Below, piece by piece: positions 10,322 through 21,112 of a DNA stretch of 64,000 bases (position 1 is the stretch's first letter; each line of letters opens with the position of its first letter). The notes beneath the pieces were generated by a model. The model saw only the letters and a list, made by a program, of their open reading frames with translations. It did no database searches and had not been told where the DNA came from. This DNA comes from Terriglobia bacterium (GTDB taxonomy: Bacteria; Acidobacteriota; Polarisedimenticolia; Polarisedimenticolales; JAIQFR01), in contig CAVVHE010000004.1 of assembly GCA_963748015.1 (NCBI GenBank), positions 2,157,322 through 2,221,321 of the forward strand, given 5' to 3'. The position numbers and the translations under genes are program-made.

Positions 10322-11278
10322 TCAGCGGCCGGCGGCATCACGGTGCTGCAGCAGCGCGCGGAACGACCGGAGGTCCCTGCATCGCGTGGCGCCGATCTCC
10401 TCGAGGATCGCGTCGTAGCTCTCGGCCGCACCGCCCCCGACGTACACCCGCACCGAGCCGGGAAGGGCCCGGCGTAGCTTGCGCAGGTCCGTGGCCAGCT
10501 CGGGGTCCCCTGCGGGGTGCACGATGCTGAGGGCAACCGCCCTTGCGCCGCAGCGGGCCGCGGCGGCGGCGATGTCCTCGGACGGAGCGTCGGCCCCGAG
10601 GTAGGTCACCCTGAAGCCCTCGGCCGCCGCGATCGCGGCGGCCATGAGCGCCCCCATCTCGTGATGCTGCCTAGCCGGGGTGGCGACCACCAGATCGATG
10701 CCGGCGCCGGTGCCGGCCCGGGACTCCCGGAGCGATTCCAGGAGCGGACGGATCGTCGCTACGGCGAGGTGCTCCTGCCAGACCGCGAGCGACCCCGCCG
10801 CCCATCGCTCGCCGATCTCCTGGAGGAGAGGCGCTACGACCTGGTCGAGCAAGGCAATCGTTCCCAGATCCAGCGCGGCCGCGGACAGCGCGGCACGGAG
10901 GCGCGCCGGATCGGGGCGATCCAGCGCCTCCAGGCATTCACGCAGGTGGTCGCTCGCGGCGGTAGGGGGAGAAGGCTCGGCCGGAGCCTCGACCGCCACC
11001 GCGGCGGCCTCGTCGGCCTCGACGAGCAACGCCAGCTCGCCGGTCGGAAGCGGCGCTACCGCTCCGATTGAGCGCCCCAGAAGGGTCGCCCGGCGGAGCA
11101 GCGCGAGACGTTCCACCTCCTCGTCGGTGTAGAGGCGCCGGTTCGTCCCCGAGCGCAGCGGCCGGACCGCGCCGTAACGCCTTTCCCACATCCGGATCAC
11201 GTCGAGCGTCAAGCCGGTTCGGCGGGCAACGACCTGAATCGGGTGTTTCCCCTGGCTCGAAACCTGTTCGGTGCTCAC
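10322..11278 (-). CDS. carH: MerR-family adenosylcobalamin-dependent photoreceptor repressor (CarH/LitR type)
   Basis: N-terminal MerR HTH (IRMWERRYG..P.R); W-x9-EH motif (WAAGSLAVWQEH); B12 motif QHHEMG; YLGADAP. Confidence 0.88.
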   Translation of the reverse strand: MSTEQVSSQGKHPIQVVARRTGLTLDVIRMWERRYGAVRPLRSGTNRRLYTDEEVERLALLRRATLLGRSIGAVAPLPTGELALLVEADEAAAVAVEAPAEPSPPTAASDHLRECLEALDRPDPARLRAALSAAALDLGTIALLDQVVAPLLQEIGERWAAGSLAVWQEHLAVATIRPLLESLRESRAGTGAGIDLVVATPARQHHEMGALMAAAIAAAEGFRVTYLGADAPSEDIAAAAARCGARAVALSIVHPAGDPELATDLRKLRRALPGSVRVYVGGGAAESYDAILEEIGATRCRDLRSFRALLQHRDAAGR

Positions 11279-11314
11279 GAAAGTCAATTTACAGGCTCGT
11301 CCAGCACTTGTCAA
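11279..11314 (-). promoter_or_regulatory. carH promoter, probably giving a leaderless mRNA
   Basis: TTGACA(11314-11309)-N17-TAAATT(11291-11286), then 7 nt to GTG 11278. Confidence 0.6.
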
Positions 11315-11465
11315 TCTGAAGTTCAGGACAGCCCGTGCGTCGAGAGTCCTCCTTCTCCCCACGCAGGCAGATGGGATTGGGGACTTCAGGAACTTGAAAA
11401 GGGCCGATAACGTGGCCTTTCTGCGGGTTGAAGGGCCGCTGTAACCTCTTGATCTTGGTCAATAA

Positions 11466-11512
11466 ATTGTCCTAGACATTTCCTTGACATTCATTCGTCG
11501 AGACCGTATGAT
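11466..11512 (+). promoter_or_regulatory. fasciclin-gene promoter with putative CarH operator
   Basis: TTGACA(11484)-N17-TATGAT(11507); 11-bp direct repeats gtccTAGACAt/ttccTTGACAt overlapping the -35. Confidence 0.7.
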
Positions 11513-11581
11513 CTCCCCTGTCAGAAACAAAACCCGCCTCGGGAAGGTCGAGGCGCTACAGGGAAGATCTCAGGAGGCCTT

Positions 11582-12559
11582 ATGAAAACGAGACTCACCG
11601 GAGCGACGAAGTTGGCGGTGGTGGCAACGATGATGATCGCCGGCGGGCATGCCTGGGCGGGCTCGCTGGACCCGCGATCGCAGCTTGGCGCGTCGAGCGC
11701 CCCCGGGACGCCCATCAGCTACTCCAGCAACAACATCGTCAAGAAGCTGGAGAAGATGGGTAACTTCTCCATCCTGCTGACCGCGCTCGAAACGGCCAAC
11801 CTCAAGGGCGCCGTAGCCACCGGCGGCCCGTTCACCCTGTTCGCGCCGACCGATGCCGCGTTCGCGGACCTGCTCTCCCAGCTCAACGTCACGGCCCCCG
11901 AGCTGCTCGCCAACCCGGACCTCGCGAACATCCTCCTGTATCACGTCGCTTCCGGAAACCGCAGCGCGTTCCAGCTCCTCAAGAGCAGCACGCAGCCCAC
12001 CCTCTTCGACGCTAGGTCCGTGCTCGTCGTTCTCGAGGGGACGAGCGTGCTCGTGAACCGGGCCAAGGTCACGCGGGCGAACGTCCCGGGGGGCAACGGG
12101 ACCATTCATGTGATCGACAAGGTGCTGCTGCCTCCCACGGAGCCGGCGAGCATCAACAACCTTCTCGACGTCCTCGCGCTCGACGGCCGTTTCTCGATCC
12201 TGCTGACCGCGCTCGAGCTCACGGGGCTGGACGACGCGGTGGCCGCCCCCGGCCCGTTCACCCTCTTCGCGCCGACGGACGATGCCTTCGCCCGCCTGCT
12301 CGCCGACCTGAACATCACGGCCGATCAGCTCCTCGCGAACCCGGATCTCTCGAAGATCCTGCTCTACCACGTGGTCGGCAGGCGCGCGGGTGCGATCCAG
12401 CTGCTCGTCTCCGGTCGGGCCACCACGCTGGAGGGCAGCAACCTGAGCGTCCGCCTCCGGCGCGACGGCGTCTACATCGACGATTCCCGGGTGATCAACC
12501 CGAACATCAACACGCCGAACGGCGTCATCCACACCCTGGACAAGGTCCTCCTTCCCTAG
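11582..12559 (+). CDS. secreted protein with two fasciclin (FAS1) domains
   Basis: Signal peptide; two copies of FTLFAPTDxAF, ILLYHV and NG.IH..DKVLLP. Confidence 0.93.
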   Translation: MKTRLTGATKLAVVATMMIAGGHAWAGSLDPRSQLGASSAPGTPISYSSNNIVKKLEKMGNFSILLTALETANLKGAVATGGPFTLFAPTDAAFADLLSQLNVTAPELLANPDLANILLYHVASGNRSAFQLLKSSTQPTLFDARSVLVVLEGTSVLVNRAKVTRANVPGGNGTIHVIDKVLLPPTEPASINNLLDVLALDGRFSILLTALELTGLDDAVAAPGPFTLFAPTDDAFARLLADLNITADQLLANPDLSKILLYHVVGRRAGAIQLLVSGRATTLEGSNLSVRLRRDGVYIDDSRVINPNINTPNGVIHTLDKVLLP

Positions 12560-12581
12560 CTCCGGCTAGCTCCAGCGTTCC

Positions 12582-12621
12582 CGAGGGCCGGAAGGCGGCG
12601 AAGGCCGCCTTCCGGCCCTCG
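12582..12621 (+). terminator. GC-rich hairpin after the fasciclin gene
   Basis: cgagggccggaaggcggc-gaag-gccgccttccggccctcg, perfect 18-bp stem, no U-tract. Confidence 0.6.
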
Positions 12622-12919
12622 CCTCTAGGTGCCCCTGGGAGAACCGCCGCGAAGAGAACTCCGCAACCGGGCGACGGACGACTAGAATATGGACGAGGGA
12701 AGGCCGGTAGATCGGAACGACGGAGCGTCCGTTCGAGCTCGTCGTGGCGGAGAGCGAGTGCGCTGGGCCTGGGCGCCTTGCAAGCCCCTTCGGAAGGGGT
12801 TGTTCGCTGCACGGCCGGCAAATGCCTCGGCCTCGCTCCGGTGCACTTCGCGATCTTCGCCGGGGGCGGGCGTACCCGAGAAACGACGAGAATCAGGATA
12901 GCCTGGCGGTGGCCATCGC

Positions 12920-14164
12920 ATGAGAATCGCGGTCGTCGGAGCGGGTGTGTCGGGCCTCGTGGCCGCGTATCTTCTGAACGAAGACCACGAGGTCACGGTT
13001 TTCGAGGCCGGTGCCCACGCCGGAGGGCACGCGCACACCGTGGACGCCGAGATGGACGGCGCGATCCACCCGGTGGACGTCGGATTCGTGGTGTTCAACG
13101 AATCCACCTACCCTAACTTCGTCAGGCTCCTCCGGAAGCTGGGCGTCGCGAGCCGGCCCACCAGCATGAGCTTCGGCGTCCGCTGCGATCGCACGGGAAT
13201 CGAGTACTGCGGGACCTCTCTCGACACGGTTTTCGCCCAGAGGCGCAACCTGGTGCGCCCGTCGTTCCTGCGCATGCTCCGGGACATCCTGCGCTTCAAT
13301 CGGGAGGCGAAGGAGCTTCTCGATCTCGGCATCGCCGCGCCGACGCTCGGCGAGCTGGTGCGCGAGCGGGGCTACTCGCGCGAGTTCCTGGATCATTACC
13401 TCGTTCCCATGGTGGCGGCGATCTGGTCCGCCGATCCCGACAAGGTGGCCGACTTCCCCGCGCTCTTCTTCGTCCGCTTCTTCCGGAACCACGGGCTGCT
13501 CGGGGTCGACTCGCATCTGCCGTGGCGGGTCGTGCAGGGCGGCTCCCGGCGGTACGTGGAGGCGCTCACCCGGTCTTTCGGGGACCGGATCAGGCTGAGC
13601 ACGCCCGTCCGCTCGGTCACCCGGGCAGCCGACTTCGTGACGGTCGTCCCCGAGAGCGGCCCGCCCGAGCGCTTCGATCATGCGATCCTCGCCACCCACG
13701 CGGACCAGGCCCTGGACCTGCTCACGGACGCGGTGGAGGGCGAGCGGGAGATCCTCCGGGCTTTTCCGTCCACCCGGAACGAAGCCGTCCTTCACACCGA
13801 CGCCTCGGTGCTGCCCTCCCGCCGGAAGGCCTGGGCCAGCTGGAACTACCGGCTCCCCGAGACCGAGGGCGGCCGCGTCGCGGTCACCTACGACATGACC
13901 CGCCTCCAGGGACTCGCCACCCTCGAGCCGATCTGCCTCTCCCTCAACCCGACGGTGGAGATCGATCCCGCCCGCGTGCTTCGCCGGTTCTCCTTCGAGC
14001 ACCCGCTCTACACCCCCGCCTCGATCGCCGCGCAGGAGCGGCACGGCGAGATCAGCGGCACGGGGAGAACCCACTTCGCGGGAGCGTACTGGGGAAACGG
14101 GTTCCACGAGGACGGGGTGGCCAGCGCGCTCGCGGTCTGCCGCCGCTTCGGGAAGACGCTGTGA
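12920..14164 (+). CDS. FAD-dependent oxidoreductase (COG2907, UfaD-like desaturase)
   Basis: [39 protein letters not shown]. Confidence 0.88.
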   Translation: MRIAVVGAGVSGLVAAYLLNEDHEVTVFEAGAHAGGHAHTVDAEMDGAIHPVDVGFVVFNESTYPNFVRLLRKLGVASRPTSMSFGVRCDRTGIEYCGTSLDTVFAQRRNLVRPSFLRMLRDILRFNREAKELLDLGIAAPTLGELVRERGYSREFLDHYLVPMVAAIWSADPDKVADFPALFFVRFFRNHGLLGVDSHLPWRVVQGGSRRYVEALTRSFGDRIRLSTPVRSVTRAADFVTVVPESGPPERFDHAILATHADQALDLLTDAVEGEREILRAFPSTRNEAVLHTDASVLPSRRKAWASWNYRLPETEGGRVAVTYDMTRLQGLATLEPICLSLNPTVEIDPARVLRRFSFEHPLYTPASIAAQERHGEISGTGRTHFAGAYWGNGFHEDGVASALAVCRRFGKTL

Positions 14165-14943
14165 CGTCGACGGGCGGACGAAGCTGCATCTACGTCGGAA
14201 CGGTCCTTCACAGGCGGACCCAGCCGGTGGCGCACGCTTTCCGCTTCCCGCTGTTCATGTTGCACCTCGACCTCGGCGAGACGGACACGGTCTTCGGGGG
14301 CCGCTGGCTCTGGTCCGCCCGCCGCCCGGCGCCGGCGTGGTTCCGGCGCCGCGACCACTTCGGAGATCCCGCGATCCCGCTCGACCGGGTCGTTCGCGAT
14401 CTGGTGGAGGAGAAGACGGGCTCGAGGCCCTCGGGGCCGGTCACGATACTCACCCACCTCCGCTACTTCGGAGTGTGCATCAATCCGATCAGCCTGTACT
14501 ACTGCTACGACGCCGCGGGAGAGCGCGTCGAGGCCGTCGTCGCGGAAGTCCACAACACCCCCTGGAACGAGCGTCACTGCTACGTGCTCGACGGCCGCGG
14601 CGATTCTCCGGGCACCCCCGTCCTGCGGCGCGGCATTCGCAAGGCGTTTCACGTCTCCCCTTTCATGGACATGGACGTGGACTACCGTTTCCGCGTCGGG
14701 CGGCCGGGGCGAACGCTCCTCCTGCACATCGAGAACCTGCGGGAGGGCCGGCGCTTCTTCCACGCGGCGCTCGCGCTCCGCAGGCGGGAGATCGGCCCGG
14801 CGTCCCTTGCGGGGGTGTTGGCGAGGTATCCGCTCGTGACGGCGCAGGTCATGATCGCCATCTACTACCAGGCCCTACGTCTCTGGATGAAGCGGGTGCC
14901 GTTCCATCCGCATCCGGGACGCTCGGGAGAAGCCGCGAAATGA
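14161..14943 (+). CDS. DUF1365 family protein (UfaO-like)
   Basis: GTGA overlap; [44 protein letters not shown]. Confidence 0.88.
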   Translation: MTSTGGRSCIYVGTVLHRRTQPVAHAFRFPLFMLHLDLGETDTVFGGRWLWSARRPAPAWFRRRDHFGDPAIPLDRVVRDLVEEKTGSRPSGPVTILTHLRYFGVCINPISLYYCYDAAGERVEAVVAEVHNTPWNERHCYVLDGRGDSPGTPVLRRGIRKAFHVSPFMDMDVDYRFRVGRPGRTLLLHIENLREGRRFFHAALALRRREIGPASLAGVLARYPLVTAQVMIAIYYQALRLWMKRVPFHPHPGRSGEAAK

Positions 14944-16229
14944 GCCGTACAGCGGGTGGAGAGCTGACCCTGGCCGGGCGGAGCGCTGCGCCGTCCGTCC
15001 TCGACAGGCTGGCGCGACGAGGCCTCCTCTCCCGCCTCGCGGAGCTTCGCGACGGGGAGATCGAGCTCCGCGAGGGGGCGGAGCGGCGGACCTTCGGCCG
15101 CGCGAGCGCCGATTCGCCGCTGCGGGCGGTGGTCGAGGTGCGCTCGCCCCGCTTCTACTCGGAAGTCGCCCTGGGAGGGACCATCGGCGCCGGCGAGGCC
15201 TACATGCGCGGCCTCTGGTCGGTGGACGACCTGACCGCGCTCGTCCGGATCCTGGTCAGGAATCGAGATTTGATGGAACGCATGGAGGGAGGCCTCGCGC
15301 GCCTGAAGGCGCCTTTCCTGAGGCTCCTCCACCTGAGCCGGCGCAACACGCGGGGCCGGAGCCGGGTCAACATCGGACAGCACTACGACCTGGGCAACGA
15401 GTTCTTCTCGCTGTTCCTGGACCCGACGCTGATGTACTCCTGCGCGGAGTTCGAGGCCGGGGACGAGGACCTCGAGCGGGCGTCGCTCCGGAAGATCGAC
15501 CGGATCTGCGAGGACCTGAAGCTCTCGCCGGGAGACGAGCTCCTGGAGATCGGGACGGGCTGGGGAGGGCTCGCGCTGCGCGCGGCGTCGAGGTACGGCT
15601 GCCGGGTCGTGACCACGACGATCTCGAGGAAGCAGCACGAGCGCGCTGCCGCCCGCGTCCGGGAGGCCGGCCTCGAGGGCAGGATCACCGTCGTCCTGGA
15701 GGACTACCGCGACCTGCCCCGCCGTCTCGGCCGCCGCTTTCCCAAGATGGTGTCCGTGGAGATGGTCGAGGCGGTCGGGCACGACTACCTCGACACCTAT
15801 TTCCGGACCTCCGGCGAGCTGCTCGAGCCGGGAGGCGCCATGCTCCTCCAGGCGATCGTGATCGCCGACCCGCTCTACGAGAGCTACCGCCGCTCCGTGG
15901 ACTTCATCCAGCGCTACATCTTCCCCGGCGGCGCGCTCCCGTCGGTCGCCGCGATTCGAGCATCGCTCGCGCGCGCGACGGGCCTCGAGGTTCGCGGCGT
16001 TCGCGACATCTCGGAGCACTACCCGCCCACGCTGCGCGCGTGGCGCAGGAGCTTCGCCGCGAGCCGAGACCGGATCCGGGACCTCGGGTACTCGGACGAG
16101 TTCATCCGCATGTGGGAGTTCTACTTCTCCTACTCGGAGGGAGGATTTCTCGAAGGAACGGTGGCCGACGTGCAGCTGCTGCTGGGGGGTCCCGGGCCAC
16201 GGAGATCCCCCGCGGCGGCCGGAGGCTGA
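14940..16229 (+). CDS. cfa: cyclopropane-fatty-acyl-phospholipid synthase family methyltransferase (UfaM-like)
   Basis: [32 protein letters not shown]. Confidence 0.88.
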   Translation: MSRTAGGELTLAGRSAAPSVLDRLARRGLLSRLAELRDGEIELREGAERRTFGRASADSPLRAVVEVRSPRFYSEVALGGTIGAGEAYMRGLWSVDDLTALVRILVRNRDLMERMEGGLARLKAPFLRLLHLSRRNTRGRSRVNIGQHYDLGNEFFSLFLDPTLMYSCAEFEAGDEDLERASLRKIDRICEDLKLSPGDELLEIGTGWGGLALRAASRYGCRVVTTTISRKQHERAAARVREAGLEGRITVVLEDYRDLPRRLGRRFPKMVSVEMVEAVGHDYLDTYFRTSGELLEPGGAMLLQAIVIADPLYESYRRSVDFIQRYIFPGGALPSVAAIRASLARATGLEVRGVRDISEHYPPTLRAWRRSFAASRDRIRDLGYSDEFIRMWEFYFSYSEGGFLEGTVADVQLLLGGPGPRRSPAAAGG

Positions 16230-16238
16230 GGGACCGCC

Positions 16239-17273
16239 ATGGACGTGACTCTCGAAGCGGCGGAGCGCGGGCTCGTTCCGGACTTCCTGCTTCGCGCCGG
16301 GATGCGGCGCCTCCTTCGCGAGCGCCTCCGCGAGGAGGACCGTGGCGGGTGCGAGGCGAACCAGGCGGCGCTGGAAACGCTCGTCGAGGAGCTGCGCCGA
16401 AGCCCCATCGCGATCTCGACGCGTCGGGCCAACGAGCAGCACTACGAGGTTCCGGACGCGTTCTTCCGCCTGGTGCTCGGCCCTCGCATGAAGTACAGCT
16501 GCTGCCTCTGGGAGCCCGGCACCGCGGATCTGGCGGCGGCCGAAGACGCGATGCTCCGCCTGACCGCCGAGCGCGCGGGGATCGAGGACGGCCAGGACGT
16601 CCTGGAGCTCGGGTGCGGGTGGGGGTCGCTCACGCTGTGGCTGGCGGAGCGCTTTCCTCGCTGCCGCATCCTCGCCGTGTCGAACTCCGCCACGCAGCGG
16701 GAGTTCATCGAGGCGGAGTGCCAGCGCCGCGGGCTCGCCGGCGTGCGCGTGGCGACCGCGGACATGAACGGCTTCGAGCCCGGCGGGACGTTCGACCGGA
16801 TCGTGTCCGTGGAGATGTTCGAGCACATGCGGAACCACGAGCGGCTGCTCGAGCGCATCGCCTCGTGGCTCCGCCCTGAAGGCAAGCTGTTCGTGCACGT
16901 CTTCTGCCACCGCGATCTCGCCTACACGTTCGACGTCGGCGGAAGGAACGACTGGATGGCCCGCCACTTCTTCACCGGCGGGCTGATGCCGTCCGACGGG
17001 TTGCTGCTCCGCTTCCAGCGCCACCTGCGGGTGGAGCGGCACTGGAGGGTGGACGGCACGCATTACCGGAAGACCTCGCGAGCCTGGCTCGATAACCTCG
17101 ACGCCCGGCGGGCCGAGGTCCGGCGGGTTCTCGACTCGGCCTACGGTCCGCCCGAATCCCGCCGGTGGCTGCGGAGATGGCGCCTCTTCTTCATGGCGTG
17201 CGAGGAGCTCTTCGGCTACCGGCGCGGCCAGGAGTGGTGGGTGGCGCACTACCTGCTGGGCGGGAAGGGGTAG
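16239..17273 (+). CDS. second Cfa-like SAM-dependent methyltransferase
   Basis: [43 protein letters not shown]. Confidence 0.88.
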   Translation: MDVTLEAAERGLVPDFLLRAGMRRLLRERLREEDRGGCEANQAALETLVEELRRSPIAISTRRANEQHYEVPDAFFRLVLGPRMKYSCCLWEPGTADLAAAEDAMLRLTAERAGIEDGQDVLELGCGWGSLTLWLAERFPRCRILAVSNSATQREFIEAECQRRGLAGVRVATADMNGFEPGGTFDRIVSVEMFEHMRNHERLLERIASWLRPEGKLFVHVFCHRDLAYTFDVGGRNDWMARHFFTGGLMPSDGLLLRFQRHLRVERHWRVDGTHYRKTSRAWLDNLDARRAEVRRVLDSAYGPPESRRWLRRWRLFFMACEELFGYRRGQEWWVAHYLLGGKG

Positions 17274-17369
17274 CGATGCGCATCTTTCTCAAGCTCCGCG
17301 AGGGCGAGCCGATCGAGACGCTGCTGCTGCGGCGCAACGCCTGATCGCTGCCGGAAAGGACCTCCCGGA

Positions 17370-18158
17370 ATGGAATCGGCGGCGGCCGTTCTCGTTCTCT
17401 CCCTCGGCACGGCTTTCGGCCTGTCGGTCCTGCTCTGGGCCGCCAGCGTGATCCGGCGGGACGCGAGCATCGTGGACCCGTTCTGGGGAATCGGGTTCAT
17501 CGTCCTGGCCTGGCTCTACTTCTTCACTCTCCGGCCCGGCCCGGCGCGAGGCCCGCTTGCCGTCGCCCTGGTCACGGTCTGGGGTGCGCGGCTGTCCTGG
17601 CACCTCTTCCGGCGGAACTGGGGGAAGGGGGAGGATTACCGCTATCGCGAGATGCGGGAGAGCCACGCGGGCAACTTCGCCGTCAGGAGCCTCTTCACCG
17701 TCTTCCTTCTGCAGGCCGCGGTCCTGTGGGTTGTCGCGCTCCCGCTCTTCCAGGCGACGCGTGCCCGGCAGCCGGAGCGGCTCGCGCCGCTCGACGTCGT
17801 CGGGGGGCTCGTTTACGCGGCCGGACTGCTCTTCGAGACCGTGGGCGACCGGCAGCTCGCGCGGTTCCGGTCGGATCCGTCGAATCGCGGCAAGGTCCTC
17901 GAGAGCGGGCTGTGGCGATACACGCGCCACCCTAACTACTTCGGCGACGCGATGGTCTGGTGGGGGCTCTTCCTCATCGCACTCGCGACACCGGGGTCGG
18001 CCTGGACCGTCGCGAGTCCTGCGCTGATGACGTTCCTCCTGATGAAGGTCTCCGGTGTCGCGCTGCTCGAACGGAAGCTCCGCGAGAGCAAGCCGGAGTA
18101 CCTGGAATACGCGCGCAGGACCAGCGCCTTCTTCCCGTGGCCTCCGAAGCGCCGGTGA
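17370..18158 (+). CDS. DUF1295 membrane protein (steroid 5-alpha-reductase-like)
   Basis: SIVDPFW, EDYRY, GLWRYTRHPNYFG, TSAFFPWPPK. Confidence 0.9.
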   Translation: MESAAAVLVLSLGTAFGLSVLLWAASVIRRDASIVDPFWGIGFIVLAWLYFFTLRPGPARGPLAVALVTVWGARLSWHLFRRNWGKGEDYRYREMRESHAGNFAVRSLFTVFLLQAAVLWVVALPLFQATRARQPERLAPLDVVGGLVYAAGLLFETVGDRQLARFRSDPSNRGKVLESGLWRYTRHPNYFGDAMVWWGLFLIALATPGSAWTVASPALMTFLLMKVSGVALLERKLRESKPEYLEYARRTSAFFPWPPKRR

Positions 18159-18168
18159 CCGGCGGCGC

Positions 18169-19620
18169 TCAGCGGCTCTTCTTGATCCGGCCGTAGGCGG
18201 CCAGCGCGGCGGTCCTTGCGGCGCCGTGGTCCACGATCGGGCGGGGGTAGCTCTCGCCGATCCCGACTGCGACCGCGGCCGGCGTGCCCGCGGGCGCCTT
18301 CCACGGCGCGTGGACGAAGCGCGCGGGGAGGGCCGCCAGCTCCGGAACGTGCCGGCGAACGTATTCCCCTTCCGGATCGTAGCGCTCCCCCTGGGCGACG
18401 GGGTTGAAGACGCGGAAGTAGGGGGCCGCGTCGGCCCCGCAGCCGGCCGTCCACTGCCAGCCGAGCGTGTTGTTCGCGAGGTCGGCGTCCACCAGCGTGT
18501 CCCAGAACCACCGGGCGCCTTCCTGCCAGGGAAGCAGCAGGTCCTTCACGAGGAACGACGCCACGATCATCCGGACGCGGTTGTGCATCCAGCCGGTCGT
18601 CCAAAGCTGGCGCATCCCGGCGTCCACCATCGGGTATCCGGTCCTTCCCTTCCGCCAGGCCTCGAGCGCCTTCGCGTCCCTCCGCCAGGGGAACCGCTCG
18701 AACTCCGGACGCAGGGGCCGGTCGGCGGTGTGGGGGAAGTGGAAGAGCAGGTGGTGGGCGAACTCGCGCCACACGAGTTGCCGCAGGTACGCCTCTCCCC
18801 CTTTCGAGAGCGCGTTTCCCGCGCCGACTCCGGCGTAGGCGTTGACGGCGCTCCACACCGCCCGAGGCCCGATCTCGCCGAAGTGAAGATGCGGGGAGAG
18901 GCGCGAGGTCCCTTCGATGTCGGGCCGGTCGCGGCCGGCCGGGTAGCTCTCGACGACGTCGTCCAGCAAGCGCTCGAGCGCCCCGGCGGCGCCATTCTCC
19001 CCCGGCGTCCACGCGGCGCGGAGTCCTGCCGCCCAGTCCACCTCGGGCTCGAGGCCGAGCGACGCGACGTTCTCCGAGCGCGGCCACCTCGACGGGGCCG
19101 GCACGTCGCGAGGCGCTCTCCGCGGTTTCAGGGACGGCGGCATCCTGAGGCAAGCGTTGTAGAACGGGGTGAACACCTTGAACGGGCCGCCGACCTTGGT
19201 GGCGATCTCCCGGGGCTCGAACAGGAGCGCGGCGTTGAAGGTGCCGACCTCGACCCCGTCCTTGCGCAGGGCCTGCTCCACGATCCCGTCGCGCTCGACG
19301 ACGCGGGGCTCGTAGCGGCGGTTCCAGTGGACGGCCGAAGCGCCCGTGGCGCGGATCAGCTCCCGCAGCGTTTCCAGCACGCCGCCCCGCCGGACGACGA
19401 GGCGCGAGCCTTTCGCCTCGAGAGATTCCGAGAGGCGGCGGAGGGACTGCGCGATCCACCAGTTACTTGCCGCGCCCGGCGCCCACGGCTCCTCGTCGGA
19501 GGGGGCCCAGATGAAAACCGGGATCACCGCGCCGCCCCGTTCGAGAGCGGCGGTCAGGGCGGGGTTGTCCTGGAGCCTCAGGTCCAGCCGGAACCAGACG
19601 ATCGTCGCGCCACGGGTCAT
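18169..19620 (-). CDS. phrB: class I CPD DNA photolyase
   Basis: WFRLDLRLQDNPAL, TSRLSPHLHFGEI, WREF, TGYP.VDAGMRQL..TGWMHNR.RM, APYFRVFNP. Confidence 0.95.
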   Translation of the reverse strand: MTRGATIVWFRLDLRLQDNPALTAALERGGAVIPVFIWAPSDEEPWAPGAASNWWIAQSLRRLSESLEAKGSRLVVRRGGVLETLRELIRATGASAVHWNRRYEPRVVERDGIVEQALRKDGVEVGTFNAALLFEPREIATKVGGPFKVFTPFYNACLRMPPSLKPRRAPRDVPAPSRWPRSENVASLGLEPEVDWAAGLRAAWTPGENGAAGALERLLDDVVESYPAGRDRPDIEGTSRLSPHLHFGEIGPRAVWSAVNAYAGVGAGNALSKGGEAYLRQLVWREFAHHLLFHFPHTADRPLRPEFERFPWRRDAKALEAWRKGRTGYPMVDAGMRQLWTTGWMHNRVRMIVASFLVKDLLLPWQEGARWFWDTLVDADLANNTLGWQWTAGCGADAAPYFRVFNPVAQGERYDPEGEYVRRHVPELAALPARFVHAPWKAPAGTPAAVAVGIGESYPRPIVDHGAARTAALAAYGRIKKSR

Positions 19621-19703
19621 GAGCGGTCCTCGACTGCCCGACTCGGGCCGGCCGAGCGTACCGGGCACCGGCGCGCGCCGGGAGGCGCTCGCCGGCAGTG
19701 GAG

Positions 19704-20069
19704 CTACTTCTTGCGCTCGCCCTTCATCTCGCGGACCTGCCCGTTGAACTCGGTGCTCAGGGTGATCGTGTCCCCCTCGAGCTTTCCCTTGTACTGCAGG
19801 GTCATCATGTTGCCGTCGCGGCCGGGCCGCTCGACGGAGAACGTGAAGGCGGCGCCGTCCACGCTCCCGTCCTTGATCTGGGCCTCTCCGCGCGGGCCGC
19901 TCACGGACCCGGTGAGCTTCTTGCCGTCCACCTTGAAGGCGTAGGTCTGCTCCGTAGGCTGTCCGTCCCGCCCGGTCATCTTCACGACCCAGGAGCCGTT
20001 GAGATCGGCCGCCAGCACCGCCGTCGCCATCAGCGCGCAGAGCGCAAGAACCGGAATCGCTTTCTTCAT
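19704..20069 (-). CDS. small secreted beta-rich hypothetical protein
   Basis: MKKAIPVLALCALMATAVLA signal peptide; GGAGG RBS. Confidence 0.75.
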   Translation of the reverse strand: MKKAIPVLALCALMATAVLAADLNGSWVVKMTGRDGQPTEQTYAFKVDGKKLTGSVSGPRGEAQIKDGSVDGAAFTFSVERPGRDGNMMTLQYKGKLEGDTITLSTEFNGQVREMKGERKK

Positions 20070-20303
20070 CGGGGCCCGCCTCCTTCGCAAAATATCGGTG
20101 CGGCCGCCCTCCGGGACGCCGGCCGGCAGCCCGAACCGCGATTCAAGGTCCGCCAGTGTAGCCCCGGCCACCGATCCGCGCCCTCGGCGCCCGACCGCCG
20201 ACCGCGCGCCGATCGTCGGCGAAGCAGGACCGTGGAGTGCCGTCTTTTCCTGGGGAGGCTCAGGAGGCGATTCTCGACATCGTGAACGGCGTGGACGCCT
20301 CGC

Positions 20304-21017
20304 TCAGTCGCCGCGCTTGGGCGCCTTCTCGACCGGTACGTCGATCGTGATCTCGGCGCCGTTGCGCATGAGGCGAAGGACGAGATCGTTGCCGACGCCG
20401 CTTCCCCGGACGGCATAGAGGAACGCGCCCGCCGAGCGGACCGGCTCGCCGTACGCCTCGAACACGACGTCACCCAGGTCGAGGCCGGCCGCCTCCGCCG
20501 TGCTCCCGGGCTCGATCATCGAGATCATCACCCCCGCCTCGCGCGGCGCGCCGAAGTGCTCGCGGAGCGCCGGTGGGATGTCGATGGCCACGGCGCCGAT
20601 GTGGCCGGTGACCATCGGCAGGCTCCCGAGGTCGCTCGGGCGGGTCTCGAGACGAACGTCGAGGTCCAGCTCGCGCCGCCCCCGGCGCACGTGGAGCGAG
20701 GCCCACGCTCCGGGCTCGAGCCCCTGGATGCGCGATACCAGCTCGGCCGGCGAAGCGATCGCGCCGCCGTCGATCGTGAGGATGACGTCGCGGGACCTCA
20801 GCCCGGCCTTCTCCGCCGGCCCTCCCTCGACGAGGCCGCGAACGAGGACCCCCGGAACCGGGGAGTCGTTCCCCTTCTCGGGCGCGTTCACGGGCACGAG
20901 GGAGGCGCCGAGCCACCCCTGAGGCCGCCCCTCTTGGCCCTCGGCCGCGGGCACGGCCCCCTGGAAGGCCACGAGGAGGACGAAGGCGGCGACACCGAGA
21001 GAGCGCGGGCGGAACAT
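20304..21017 (-). CDS. secreted tandem-PDZ-domain protein
   Basis: Signal peptide; GWLG...GGPAEKAGL...DVI and a second GSTAEAAGL..GDV; no protease domain. Confidence 0.8.
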   Translation of the reverse strand: MFRPRSLGVAAFVLLVAFQGAVPAAEGQEGRPQGWLGASLVPVNAPEKGNDSPVPGVLVRGLVEGGPAEKAGLRSRDVILTIDGGAIASPAELVSRIQGLEPGAWASLHVRRGRRELDLDVRLETRPSDLGSLPMVTGHIGAVAIDIPPALREHFGAPREAGVMISMIEPGSTAEAAGLDLGDVVFEAYGEPVRSAGAFLYAVRGSGVGNDLVLRLMRNGAEITIDVPVEKAPKRGD

Positions 21018-21112
21018 GGGAGCCTCCAACCGGCCGGGGGAATCTTCTCGGCCGGACTCGCCTTCAACTCTACCCCGGGTTCTCGGACCCCTCAACCGCG
21101 CGCCGGCCGGGC

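Noticed and set aside
12622..12919. Cobalamin riboswitch or ncRNA upstream of the lipid operon
   Set aside because: Fragments (ccgcaac, gggaaggc, a cUUCGg-containing hairpin) are present, but the ordered conserved blocks and B12 box are missing; an Rfam scan would be needed.
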